A program made the translations under genes and the position numbers. Under the pieces are notes generated by a model. That model was not told where the DNA came from. It made no database searches and worked only from the letters and a program-made list of their open reading frames with translations. DNA of 64,000 nucleotides from the human T2T-CHM13v2.0 reference genome, Homo sapiens. Below, one piece after another: positions 20,189 through 40,292 of the stretch. Every line of letters begins with the position of its first letter. Positions within the stretch are counted from its first letter, which is position 1. The DNA is taken from NCBI RefSeq assembly GCF_009914755.1, contig NC_060925.1. One strand, 5' to 3'.

Positions 20189-20687
20189 GTGTCCTTTCAT
20201 TTCAGCCTGACGTACTGACTCTAAACCTTTTCGTGTAGAGCAGGACTACTAGTGAAGAACTCTCAGTTTTTATTTATCTGGGAATATCTTTAATTTTCCT
20301 TTGTTTAAAAAGAAATTTTAAATTATAGTTAAAAACACATAACATAAAATTTATTATGTTAACCATTTTAAGTGTACAGTTCAGTACTGTTAATTGTATT
20401 CACATTGTTATGTAAGTAACATATCTATACAACTTTTTTATCTTGCAAAACTGAAACTCTATACCTATAGATCAATAACTCCCTATTTCCTGCTTGCCCT
20501 GGACTCTGGCAACCACCATTGTACTTTCTGCTTCTATAAATTTGAGTACTTTACATAATTCATATGAGTGGAATCATACAACATTTGTCCTTTTGTGATT
20601 GGCTTATTTCAATTAGCATAATGTCCTCAAGGTTCATCTATGATATAGCATGACAGAGGAGTTTTTTTCTTTTTAAAGGCTGTATAA

Positions 20688-20918
<231 letters not shown>

Positions 20919-21370
20919 TGAGTAGCTGGGACTACAGGTGCGCACCACCACACCCAGCTACTTTTTTTGTATTTTTAGTACAGACGGGGTTTCACCATGT
21001 TGGCCAGGATGGTCTCGATCTTTTGACCTCCTGATCCGCCTGCCTTGGCTTCCCAAAGTGCTGGGATTACAGGCGTGAGCCACCCCTGGCCTGCTTCCAT
21101 TTTTTTACGCTTGTGAATAGTGGTGCAATGAACATGTGTGTTCAAATATTTCTTTGAGATTCTGCTTTCAGTTCTTTTGGACATATACTCACAGGTGAGA
21201 TCCCATAGGTGCTAGATCCTATGGTAATTCTATTTTTAATTGTTTGAAGAACGACCATACTATTTTTCATAGCACCTGTACCATTTTACATTCCCACCAA
21301 CAGTGCGCAAGTCTTTCCATTTCTCCACATCCTCACCAACACATGTTATTTCTTGGTTGTGTGTATCTCT

Positions 21371-21373
<3 letters not shown>

Positions 21374-21407
<34 letters not shown>
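21374..21407. repeat. (TG)~17 microsatellite
   Basis: Directly visible. Confidence 0.95.
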
Positions 21408-21411
<4 letters not shown>

Positions 21412-22255
21412 AAATTATGGCCAACCAAATGGGTGCAAGGCGATATCTCATTGTGTTTTTTCTTTGATAATTAGTGATATTGAGGATCTTTTCATATATC
21501 TGTGGGCCATTTTTATCTTCTTTGGAAAAATGTTTTCATGGCTTTGACCATTTTAAAATCAAGTTTAGAGTGTGTGCATATGTTTTGGGAGATGAGGTCT
21601 TGCTATGTTACTCAGGCTGGTCTCGAACTCCTGGCCTCAAGTTATCTTCCCGCCTCCACCTCCCAAAGTGTTACAAGTGTGAGCCACTGCACCTAGCCAG
21701 GTTATTTGTTTTATTATAGTTTTTTTTTTTCTTTTTCTTTTTTAAGAGTTAGGGTCCCGCTCTATCACCTAGACTTCAGTGCAGTGGCACCATCATAGCT
21801 CACTGCAGCCTTGAACTCCTGGGCTCAAGCAATTTTCCTGCTTCAGCCTTCTGAGAATCTGGGGCTACAGGTGTGTGCCAGTATGCCCAGCTAATTATTT
21901 TTTTTGCTGTAGATACGGGTTCTCATTTTGTTGCCCAGGCTGAGAAGTTCTCTCTATATTTTGAATATTAATCTCATCAGATATATGACTTGCAAATATT
22001 TTCTCCCATTCTATAGCTTGCCTTTTCACATTGTTGGTTATGTTGTTTGATGCATGAAAGTTTTAAGTCTGATGTAGTCCCATTTGTCTATTTTTTTCTT
22101 TTTGTTGCACATGCTTTTGGTGTTGTATGTAAGAAATTATTGCCAAATCCAATATCATAAAGATTTTCCCCTATGTTTTTCATGTAGGAGTTTTATAGTT
22201 TTAGGTCTTATGTTTTCCTTTCACTTTTTCTTTTCTTTTCTTTTCTTTTTTTTGA

Positions 22256-22474
<219 letters not shown>

Positions 22475-23374
22475 TGATCTGCCTGCCTTGGCCTCCCAAA
22501 GTGCTGGGATTACAGGCGTGACCCACCATGACCGGCCCTCCTTTCACTTTTTAAGAATCATTTTGCTGGACATAAAATTCTTTGTTTGGAGAGTTTTTTC
22601 CCTTCTTTCTACACTTTATGTTATTCCAGTGCCACCTAGCCTCCATGGTTTCTGATGAGAAATCAGCTGTTAATCTTATTGAGCATCACTGGTATATAAT
22701 TAATTGCTTCTCTCTTGTTACCTTCTGAATTCCTTCTTTGGCTTTCAATGGTTTGAATATGGCCTGCGTGATGGCTTATGCTTGTAATCCCAGCCCTTTG
22801 GGAGGCCAAGGCAGGAGGATTGCTTGAGCCTAGGATTTTGAGGTTACAATGAGCTATGTTCATGCAACCACACTCCAGGCTGGGTGACAGAATGAGACCT
22901 TGTCTCAAAAAAACGTTTGATTATGATTTGTCTCAGAAGGACTCTCTTTGAGCTTATCCTACTTGGGATTTGTTGAGGTCCTTGGTTGTGTAGAAACGTT
23001 CTTGTTTCTTTGCATACCTATTTTTCTGTTGTTGAAAACTGGACATTTTAGGGTTGTGTTTTGTTTTTGAGATGGGGTCTTGCTCTGTCACCCAGGCTGT
23101 AGTGCAGGGGTGTGATCACAGCTCACTGCAGCCTCGACCTGACAGGCTCAGCGTTCTCCCACCTCAGCCTTCCAAGTAGCTGGGACTACAGGTGCACACT
23201 ACCATGCCTGGACAATTTTTCTCTTTTTTGTTTTTCTGGATTTTTTATAGAGATGGGATTTTGCCTTGCCCAGGCTGGTTTTGAACTCCTGGCTCATGTG
23301 ATCTGCCCACTTCAGCCTCCCAAAGTGCTGGGATTATGGGCTTGAGCCACTGCCTTGGTCGGTTTCTTTTTTGA

Positions 23375-23683
<309 letters not shown>

Positions 23684-24258
23684 TGATCAATATATTACCT
23701 TTGAGATATCCATGTTTTGTGTATATCAGTAGTTCATTGTTTTCATTACTATTATTCTATTTTATGATTATGCCACAATTTGTTTATCTATTTGCCTGTT
23801 CATAATTGTCAGGTAATTTCCAGGTTTTTTTTCCTACATTTTCTTTTTTTTTAGAGATGAGGTCTCACTATGTTGCCCAGGTTAGAGTATAGTGGCTACT
23901 CACAAACACAATTATAGTGTACTACAGCCTCGAACTCCTGGGCTTACGTGATTCTCCTGTCTCAGCTTCCCAGGTAGCTGGGACTACAGGTACACACCAC
24001 TGTGCACAACTCTCTAGTATTTTTAAGTGCATATTTATTCATATTACCTTATATATCTGAATCGTTTTTCTTTATGCACAATTGGTAATTTGCATTCAGT
24101 GACGTTTCTCTTTTTCAAGAATATTTTTGTTGTTGTTAATTTTATACTTTAGACAGCAATCCCATGTGTGCAGTGTAAATGTGAATTCAAGTCATATTTA
24201 TAACCATGGTCCTGACCTGGACCTCTGATTTCTTTTGGGAAATTTCTTTTTTTTTTGA

Positions 24259-24363
<105 letters not shown>

Positions 24364-24479
24364 TGAGTAGCTGGGATTACAGGCATGCGCCACCACCCCT
24401 GGCTAATTTTGTATTTTTAGTAGAGATGGGGGCTTCTCCATATTGGTCAGGCTGGTCTTGAACTCCCAACCTCAGGTGA

Positions 24480-24788
<309 letters not shown>

Positions 24789-26720
24789 TGACCTCAGGTG
24801 ATCTGCCCGCTTCAGCCTCCCAAAGTGCTGGGATTACAGGCGTGAGCCACTGTGCCTGGCCTCTTTTGGGGAATTTTGTTTTTTTACCCAAAGTGAAGCT
24901 TTTTTGAAATGTTCATTTGCTTTTTGTATCTCTTTATTAATCATAAACCCTGCTTATACATGGGACTGATCCATAGGATTCCTGTAATCAATGCCATATT
25001 TTCCTTGCTTATGAGGTTTCAGTTTTTGACTCTGTTCCCTACTTGGACAATAAAGTCCCAGTTGGCAATTGTTCGATCCATGAGTAGTTACAATTCCCTC
25101 AAGGGTTTTTCAGCTCTGCTTCACTGATTCCTCTAATTTGGGTTTATGAAACTAGGGTAATCCCACCTTTTAATGAATAAGTTTACTGTTTATTTTTAAA
25201 ATTATTTTTATTTTTGTTTTTGAGTTGGGATCTTGCTCTTGTCACTCAGGCTGGTGTAGATTGGTGGGACCACAGCTCACTGTAACCTCAAACTCCTGGG
25301 CTCAAGTGATCCTCCTGACTCAGCCTCCCAAGTTACTGGGAATACACGCATGTACTACCACACTCAGCTGTTTTTTTAAAATTTTATTTTTGTAGAGAGA
25401 GGGTTTTACCCAGGCTAGTCTTGAACTCTTGGCTTCAAGTGAGTTCAAGATCCTGCTGCCCTGGCCTCCCAAAGTACTGGGGTAACGTGTGAGCCACCAT
25501 GCCTGACCTAGTGTTTATTTTTTAATGTTGCTTTTTATGTGGCATTTGTGTTTGGCACTGGATGGAAGGAAGATAAATTCTGTGTCAATTAGGTTTATTG
25601 ATGCAGATATTCAATCAATATTGACTGAATTTCTGTGTAAGAAGATTGAAGATATTGCTTTCCTGCTTTACTGCATATAGGGTTGCCAAGATTGTACCAA
25701 GATCACATTTTTTTCCTTTATACTATGATTCTATTTTTAAATTTGTGAATAAGGTGAGAGGTATGAGCCAAAGTTTTTGTTGTTGTTGTATATGGCTGTT
25801 TAGTGGTTCCAGAACAGTTTGTTCTGGAAAAGAATATAGCTTCTCCGTTAAATCGTCTTTGTATGTTTATCAAAAAAATTAATTGACCATATATTTGTGG
25901 GTCTATTTCTATATTCTTAATTTTGTTCCAAAATATCTATGCATCTATCTCTCCTTTCATGAATATCACAGTGTTTTGATTGTGGTAGCCCTTAGTACAT
26001 CTTGAAATCAGGTAGTGTGAGCCCTTCAACTTTGCTCTTTTTCAAAATTGTCTTGGCTGTTGAAATTCCTTTGTCTTTCCATATAAATTTTAGAATACAG
26101 TTAAGATTTCTACAAAAATGCTAATATTGTTTTAATTGGATTGCATTGAACCTATAGATCTGTTTTGGAAGAACCAACATTTTAACAATATTGAGTCTTC
26201 TAATCCATGAACATGATTTTTTTTTTTTAGGTTTTTAGATTTTATTTAGGTTTTCTCTTTTCTCTCTCTCTTTCTTTCTTTCTGTCTGTCTTTCTTTCTT
26301 TCTTTCTTTTTCTTTCTTTTTTTTTTTCTTCTGGGTCTTGCTGTCTCACCCAGGCTGGAGTGCACTGGTGTGATCATTGCTCACTGTAGCTCAACCTGCC
26401 AGGCTCAAGTCATCCACCCAACTCAGCCTCCCAAGTAGCTGAGACTACAGACACACCACACGGCTGGCTAATTTTTGCATTTTTTGTAGAGATGGGGTTT
26501 CACCATATTGCCTAGGCTGGTCTCCAACCTCTGGGCTCAAGTGATCTACCCACCTTGGCTTCCCAAAGTGCTGGGATTACAGGCATGAGCCACTGCATCT
26601 GACCTAGTTAGGTTTTCTTTTATTTCATCAGTGTCTTGTATTTATCACATACAGATCCCGGAGATATCTTAATAGACTTATTCCTAAGTATTTCATGATT
26701 TTTTATGATATTATAAGTAG

Positions 26721-27020
<300 letters not shown>

Positions 27021-28094
27021 TAGCCTACTGTTTTGATTTTTAACTGGCAATTGCTAGTATATGGAAATGCAATTAATTTTTGTGTGTTAACCTTGTGTCC
27101 TCTCTTTGCTAATAATACAGTCTATGTAGACAAAATTGATTACTTCATTTCCAGCCTATAAATATTTTTTTCTTGCCTTATTGTGCTGACTAGACATAAC
27201 AGAAGAAAAACAAGGTGCAACAATGAAAACAGGAAGATTGAGGGTTTGCCCTATGACTTCACTTCTTTGATGGATCTAAGAAGAGTTTTTGATTTTTCAG
27301 TTTGTTTGGGTTTTTACTTGTAAGAACAGAGTTGCTACTTTTAGGTCTGTACGTGCTAAACCAGAAACCCTAACGGTTCAGTTTATACTTTTAAAATATA
27401 ACACATATTTTATTTTACTTATGTATTTTATTATATTATATTTTTTTGAGGCAAGGTCTCGCTCTGTTCCCCAGGATGAAGTGCAGTGGCATGATCATGG
27501 CTAACTGCAGCCTCGACCCCCTGGTCTCAAGTGATCCTCCCATCTCAGCCTCTTGAGTCACTTGGACTATAGACATGTTACACCATGCCTCGCTAATAGA
27601 ACATGTATTTTAAAACAAAAATTATATTAACACACAAACACCATTTATTGTTTTTTATCCTGATAATTTCTTTCTCCCAAATTTTGTATTCCTTGTAGTT
27701 GAGACATTGCAACCTTTTTTTTTTTTTTTTTTTTTTTTTACTTTCACCAGTATTGTTTAATACATGTTGCTTCATTTCTCTGTGAACATTTGGTGTTGTC
27801 AGGGTTTTTTTTTTTTTTAAAGCTATTCTCCTAAGTGTGAAGTAGTATCTAATTGCAGTTTTAAAGCATTTCTCTGCTGAGCACTGCTACATGTACTTAT
27901 TGACCATTCACACATCTACTTAAAACTTTTGCCTAAGGTTGTAAAGATGTTCTAAATTTTCTTCTGGAAGAGTTACAGTTTTAACTTACACATTTAGGTT
28001 TATCGCATATTGCTAATTAATTTTTGTGTATGATGTGAGGTAGAGATTGAGGCTCATGTTTTCATAGTTTTTTTCTGGTTGTTTCAGCTCAATC

Positions 28095-29602
28095 TTTTTT
28101 TTTTTTTTTTTTTTTTTTTTAGTATTTATTGATCATTCTTGGGTGTTTCTCGGAGAGGGGGATTTGGCAGGGTCATAGGACAATAGTGGAGGGAAGGTCA
28201 GCAGATAAACATGTGAACAAGGGTCTCTGGTTTTCCTAGGCAGAGGACCCTGCGGCCTTCCGCAGTGTTTGTGTCCCTGGGTACTTGAGATTAGGGAGTG
28301 GTGATGACTCTTAAGGAGCATGCTGCTTTCAAGCATCTGTTTAACAAAGCACATCTTGCACCGCCCTTAATCCATTTAACCCTGAGTGGACACAGCACAT
28401 GTTTCAGAGAGCACGGGGTTGGGGGTAAGGTTATAGATTAACAGCATCCCAAGGCAGAATAATTTTTCTTAGTACAGAACAAAATGGAGTCTCCTATGTC
28501 TACTTCTTTCTACACAGACACAGTAACAATCTGATCTCTCTTTCTTTTCCCATTTCCCCCTTTTCTATTCGACAAAACCGCCATCGTCATCATGGCCCGT
28601 TCTCAATGAGCTGTTGGGTACACCTCCCAGACGGGGTGGCGGCCGGGCAGAGGGGCTCCTCACCTCCCAGACGGGGTGGCCGGGCAGAGGCGCCCCCCAC
28701 CTCCCGAACGGGGCGGCTGGCCGGGCGGGGGCTGCCCCCCACCTCCCTCCTGGACGGGGCGGCTGCCGGGCGGAGATGCTTCTCACTTCCCAGACGGGGC
28801 GGCTGCTGGGCGGAGGGGCTCCTCACTTCTCAGACGGGGCGGCCAGGCAGAGACGCTCCTCACCTCCCAGACGGGGTGGCAGTCGGGCAGAGACACTCCT
28901 CAGATCCCAGATGGGGTCGCGGCCAGGCAGAGGCGCTCCTCACATCCCAGACGGGGCATCGGGGCAGAGGAGCTTCCCACATCTCAGAGGATGGGCGGCG
29001 GGCAGAGACGCTCCTCACTTCCTAGATGGGATGGCAGCTGGGAAGAGGCACTCCTCACTTCCCAGACTGGGCGGCTGGGCAGAGGGGCTCCTCACATCCC
29101 AGACGATGGGCGGCCAGGCAGAGACGCTCCTCACTTCCCAGACGGGGTGGCTGCCGGGCAGAGGCTGCAATCTCGGCACTTTGGGAGGCCAAGGCAGGCG
29201 GCTGGGAGGTGGAGGTTGTAGCGAGCCAAAATCACGCCACTGCACTCCAGCCTGGGCAAGATTGAGCACTGAGTGAGCGAGACTCTGTCTGCAATCCCGG
29301 CACCGTGGGAGGCACAGGCGGGCAGATCACTCGCGGTCAGGAGCTGGAGACCAGTCCGGACAACACTGCGAAACCCCGTCTCCACCAAAAAATACAAAAA
29401 CCAGTCAGGTGTGGCGGCGCACGCCTGCAATCCCAGGCACTCGGCAGGCTGAGGCAGGAGAATCAGGCAGGGAGGTTGCAGTGAGCTGAGATGGCGGCAG
29501 TACAGTCCAGCCTCGACTGGACATCAGAGGGAGACCGTGGAAAGTGGGAGACGGGAGAGGGAGAGGGAGACGGGATAGGGAGAGGGAGAGGGAGAGGGAG
29601 AG
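28095..29602 (-). mobile_element. SVA retrotransposon (older A-C-like subfamily), near full length with short VNTR
   Basis: Poly(T) at 28095-28120, SINE-R ~28121-28610, GC-rich VNTR ~28620-29160, Alu-like domain ~29160-29540, (GGGAGA)n hexamer 29555-29602. No clean TSD seen. Confidence 0.93.
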
Positions 29603-30288
29603 CCCATTTTTTAAGTAGGATAAGAGACAGCGGCTATCTTAATTTTATGGTAATTCAATCATTACCACTGATTATGGTACCAGCTTTTAAAATTTTCCCA
29701 GGATAAAATAGCAGATAAAGAATGTGAAATATGGTCCAGCACAGTGGCTCACGCTTGTAATCCCAGCACTTTGGCAGGCCAAGGTGGGCAGATCACTTGA
29801 GGCCAGGAGTTTGAGACCAGCCTGGCCAACATGGCGAAACCCCGTCTCAACTGAAAACACAAAAATTAGCTTTGTCTTTTCATATAAATTTTGGAATATG
29901 GTTAAGATTTCTGCAAAAAATGCTACTATTGTTGCATGGTGGCATGTGCCTGTAGTCCCAGCCACTTGAACTGGGGAGGCGGAGGTTGCAGCGAGCTGAG
30001 ATGGCATTACTGCACTCTAGCCTGGGCGACAGAGTGGGACTCTTGCCTCAAAAAAAAAAAAAAAAAAAAAAAATGCGAAATAGCTTGTATTTCCTACTCC
30101 ATCTCGGGGAATACATGTGAGATGAGGTTTATGATTTTGATAAAATCTGGACTAATATAAATAAAATCTGTCATGATAGTGTGGATCATTCATTCAGGAA
30201 CCATTTATTAACCACCAGCTATTTATAGAATAGAAAGTATTGGGATATAAAAATTAATAAAATCTGTTACTTTTATCATAATCTAAAG

Positions 30289-30510
30289 CAGGGGTGTCTA
30301 ATCTTTTGGCTTCTTTGGGCCACACTGGAAGAATTGTCCTGGGCCACATATAAAACACACTAACACTAATGATAGCTGATGAGATGAAATAAAAAAAATG
30401 GCAAAAACAATTTCATAACGTTTTAATAAAGTTTATAAATTTATGGTAGATTGCATTCAATGCCGTTCTGGACCACATGTGGCGTATGGGCAATGGGCTG
30501 AACAAGCTTG
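30289..30510 (+). mobile_element. MER30 (hAT-Charlie MITE)
   Basis: caggggtgtctaatcttttggc...aacaagcttg; imperfect 8-bp TSD atctaaag/atcaaacg. Confidence 0.75.
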
Positions 30511-30521
30511 ATCAAACGTGT

Positions 30522-31926
30522 TCTGTCCAGAATTGGTGGGTTTTTGGTCTCACTGACTTTAAGAATGAAGCCACGGACCCTCGTGGTGTTACAGCTCTTA
30601 AGGTGGCACATTTGGAATTTGTTCCTTCTGATGTTCAGATGTGTTCGGAGTTTCCTCCTTCCGGTGGGTTCGTGGTCTCACTGGCTCAGGAGTGAAGCTA
30701 CAGACCTTCGCGCTGTCACAGCTCATAAAGGCAGCGTGGACCCAAAGAGTGACAAACAGCAGGATTTATTGCAAAGAGCAAAAGAACAAACCTTCCACAC
30801 TGTGGAAGTGGACCCGAGTGGGTTGCCACTGCTCGCTGGGGCAGCCTGCTTTTATTCTCTTATCTGGCCCCACCCACATCCTGCTGATTGGTAGAGCCCA
30901 GTGGTCTGTTTTGACAGGGTGCTGATTGGTGCCTTTACAATCCCTGAGCTAGACACAAACGTTCTCCACATCCGCACCAGAGTAGCTAGATACAGAGGGT
31001 GGACTGGTGCATTCACAAACTCTGAGCTAGACACAGGGTGCTGATTGGTGTGTTTACAAACCTTGAGCTAGATACAGAGTGCCGATTGGTGTATTTACAA
31101 TCCCTGAGCTAGACATAAAGGTTCTCCAAGTCCCGACCAGAGTAGCTACATACAGATTGTCGATTGGTGCATTCACAAACCCTGAGCTAGACACAGGGTG
31201 CTGATTGGTGTGTTTACAAACCTTGAGCTAGATACAGAGTGCCAATTGGTGTATTTACAATCCCTTAGCTAGACATAAAGGTTCTCCACGTCCCCACCAG
31301 ACTCAGGAGCCCAGCTGGCTTCACCCAGTGGATTCACCACGGGGGCTGCAGGTGGAGCTGCCTGCCAGTCCCGCGCCGTGCGCCGGCATTCCTCAGCCCT
31401 TGGGTGGTGGATGGGACTGGGCGCCGTGGAGCAGGGAGCGGCGCTCGTCGGGGAGGCTCGGGCCGTACAGGAGCCCACGGAGGTCGGGGAGGCTCAGGCA
31501 TGGCGGGCCGCAGGTCCCGAGCCCTGCCCGGCGGGAAGGCAACTAAGGCCCGGTGAGAAATTGAGCACAGCAGCTGCTGGCCCAGGTGCTAAGCCTCTCA
31601 CTGCCCAGGGCCGGCGGGGCCCGCGGGGCCGGCTGGCAGCTCTCAGTGCAGGGCCCGCCGAGCCTACGCCCACCCAGAACTCGCGCTGGCCCACAAGCAC
31701 AGCACACAGCCCCGGTTCCCGCCCGCGCCTCTGCCTCCACACCTCCCCGCAAGCTGAGGGAGCCGGCTCCGGCCTTGGCCAGCCCAGAAGGGGGCTCCCA
31801 CAGTGCAGCGGCGGGCTGAAGGACTCCTCAAGTGGCGCCAAAGTGGGAGCCCAGGCAGAGGAGGCGCCGAGAGCGAGCGAGAGCGAGTGAGGGCTGTGAC
31901 GATTGCCAGCACGCTGTCACCCCTCA
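30522..31926 (-). mobile_element. Solo ERV9 LTR (LTR12C-like)
   Basis: Minus strand begins TGAGGGGTGACAGCGTGCTGGC. GC-rich U3, tandem subunits carrying ~7 CCAAT boxes (30885-31250), AATAAA-type TATA near 30850. 4-bp TSD GTGT at 30518-30521 and 31927-31930. Confidence 0.93.
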
Positions 31927-32105
31927 GTGTGACTGGCTAAGCACATAAGGAAGATAGTTGATGAGTATTTTTTTTCACCTCAAGATAACTGAGTATGTAA
32001 TGAATATTCTGATAGAGATATGTACAAGGTACAATGGGAGTTTGGTAATAGCTGGTTTAATTAATTAGATAATCTGTTAATTGTATGTCTAGCTTTAACC
32101 TGTGA

Positions 32106-32354
<249 letters not shown>

Positions 32355-33303
32355 TAGTAGAGACGGGGTTTCTCCGTGTTGGTCAGGCTGGTCTCGAACT
32401 CCCGACCTCAGGTGATCCGCCCGCCTCGGCCTCCCAAAGTGCTAGGATTACAGGCGTGAATCACCGCGCCCGGCCCAGTTGGTTTTGCCTTCATACTAAT
32501 TCTCCTGTTCTACTCTCCATGTGATCTCCCTGCTGACAAACTTGTTTCCCTTTCACACATTCAGTGCGCTAAATAGCCAGAATGAGATTTTAAAAATGTA
32601 AATCAGATTAAGCTACTTTTTTGCTTAGAACTCTGCAGTGGTTTCTCATCATATTAGGATAAAAATCCTTGCCAAGGGTCTACAGGGCCCATATAACCTT
32701 ACCCTGCCTCCTTCTCTTCCTCTCAGCACTCTCTCACCCTTTTCCCCTGTGCTTTAGCCACAAGACCACAGTAGTCTTTTTTTCTATTCCTTTAACACAT
32801 CAAGCCTCTGTATACAACTGGGCCTCTGAAATTATTGTTCCTACTTTCTGAAACATTCTGCCCGCAGACCTTCACATAGCTATTGTTCAAATTTCTACTT
32901 AAGTGTCATTTCCTCAGCTTGGCTTTCTCTGATCACTCCGTCTTTCCCCATCCCCTTCCAAGTACTTATGACTGCCTGTCATTAGTATATTTATTTTGTC
33001 GTCTGTCTTTCTCACTGTAATGTAAACCACAGGCTTGTGGGGACTTTTCCCAAGGTTTGGAACAGTAGCTCATATATTCTGGCTGCTCAGAAAATATTGG
33101 TTGAATGAATAAATAACTTTGACACAACCACTCACAGAGCTTATCACTGCTTGAAGTTATCTTTTTCCCATACTTTGTTATACTTTATTGCCTGTTCCTC
33201 CCACTCACCCTACTAGAGCAGCAACTTGTTTGCCTTGTTTATTTTTATATCTCTGGAGTCTAGAGCAGTTCTTGGCCTATAGCAGGGGTGTTGTCAGTAA
33301 ATA

Positions 33304-34731
<1,428 letters not shown>

Positions 34732-35250
34732 TATTTGTTAAATGAATGAATGGATGAGTAAGACATCGTATTCACTTCTTAAAGATCTTAAAATCTAGAG
34801 AGGAGAGAAACATTGCTGTAGGAGAGGATAAACAAAGGACTGTGAAATCTCTGGAGAAATTGAAATCAGGAAGGGAAGGGCAAATCGCAAAAGTCAAGCC
34901 AGGAGCATTAAGTTAGATTTGTGCTTTGAGATGAAAACCCCTTACAAATCCTAAGTCAGGGAATGCAATGGTTCTAGAGCCAACTCTAAAGAAAATTTCA
35001 CACATGGGAAATACATCCTACTGGATATCCGGATTAAAAGCGTTCAGTAGAGACTGGTGCAGTGGCTCAGGCCTGTAATTCCAGCACTGTGGGAGACTGA
35101 GGCAGGCAGATCGCTTGAGCCGAGGAATTCGAGACCAGCCTGGGCAACATGGCAAAAACCCCATCTCTATTAAAAATACAAAAAATTAGCCAGGCATGGT
35201 GGTACATTCCTGTAATCCCAGGTACTCAGGAGGCGGAGGTGGGAGGATCA

Positions 35251-35370
<120 letters not shown>

Positions 35371-35602
35371 TTAGCTGGGCATGTCGGGAGGCTGAGGTGG
35401 AAGGATTGCTTGAGCCCAGGAATTCGAGGTCATAGTGAGCTCTATCACGCCACTGCACTCCAGCCTGGACGACAGAGCAAGACCCCAGCTCTTTAAAAGA
35501 AAAGCGTTGAGTAAATACTTGTTGATTAATTCCATTTCTGGAAATAATCGGATTTATGAAAGAGGCCCTGCCCACCTCTTTGATATGGACTTGTACTAAT
35601 GA

Positions 35603-35677
35603 ACTACAATTCCCAGCATGCGTCAGAATTAGGGCCGTAGAGTTTTTTAAAATATGGACTACAACTCCCGGCATGCC
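35603..35677 (+). promoter_or_regulatory. Two tandem ZNF143/THAP11-type motifs (ACTACAnnTCCCRGCATGC)
   Basis: ACTACAATTCCCAGCATGC at 35603-35621 and ACTACAACTCCCGGCATGCC at 35658-35677, just upstream of CNIH4 exon 1. Confidence 0.8.
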
Positions 35678-35791
35678 ACACCAGGATTCGAGGGCCACAC
35701 GCCTCAGCCAGCCCCGGCAAGGGCCTATCAGGGGTGGGTCGGGGCATCCGAGCGGGTTTGACGGAAGGAGCGGCGGCGACGGAGGAGGAGG

Positions 35792-35860
35792 ATGGAGGCG
35801 GTGGTGTTCGTCTTCTCTCTCCTCGATTGTTGCGCGCTCATCTTCCTCTCGGTCTACTTC
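35792..35860 (+). CDS. CNIH4: CNIH4 exon 1 CDS ([23 protein letters not shown]), cornichon family cargo receptor
   Basis: Strong Kozak aggATGG. 23 codons match recalled CNIH4. Followed by GTATCCTTG, a U12-type donor. Confidence 0.97.
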
Positions 35861-39362
<3,502 letters not shown>

Positions 39363-39431
39363 ATAATTACATTGTCTGATTTAGAATGTGATTACATTAA
39401 TGCTAGATCATGTTGCTCAAAATTAAACAAG
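39363..39431 (+). CDS. CNIH4: CNIH4 exon 2 ([23 protein letters not shown])
   Basis: Cornichon signature DLECDYIN. catcag| acceptor and AAG|GTAAGA donor. 69 nt. Confidence 0.97.
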
Positions 39432-39914
39432 GTAAGACATTTCTTTGCTCATTCTCTGGCATTGAAGCCAGGTCATTTTCCATACTTAAGATTATTATAG
39501 ATAACAGATGTATTTTTGATTTTAGAGTACATGTTGTCTCTTATTCATTGGAAATTTGATGGAACTGCTGTGTTTTACAATATTTTAGATCATGAAATTA
39601 TGCTAGAAGATCTGACTTGAAATTTTGTTTCTTTATATGTTGCTTGTCTCTTGTTTACAGCGGATAGCATCTTTACTCAGAGTAGGGAAATGTTCATCAT
39701 GAGGGTAATTGTTTTTGTCTTCTGCGTTGGAACTCCCTCCTCCCACTCACGGAAAAAAGCTCAAGTCTGTCTTTGGTTGAATGAAAGAAGACCTTTCTTG
39801 TGTAGTTTACCGAGAAAATAATTTTTTTTTAATGTATGACTCTTTATTTATTTATTTATTTATTGAGAGAGAAGGTTTCTTGCAGTGGTGATCAGGCTAT
39901 TCTTGAATTCCTAG

Positions 39915-40292
<378 letters not shown>

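Noticed and set aside
19645-20238. Six overlapping ORFs, possible processed pseudogene or orphan CpG-island gene
   Set aside because: Sequence resembles a MER52 LTR; the adjacent A tail belongs to an Alu remnant; no TSD or protein similarity recognised.
28133-29430. Overlapping 80-220 aa ORFs
   Set aside because: Translations of SVA SINE-R, VNTR and Alu-like domains.
30477-31912. Multiple ORFs up to 170 aa
   Set aside because: All lie within the LTR12C solo LTR, which is non-coding.
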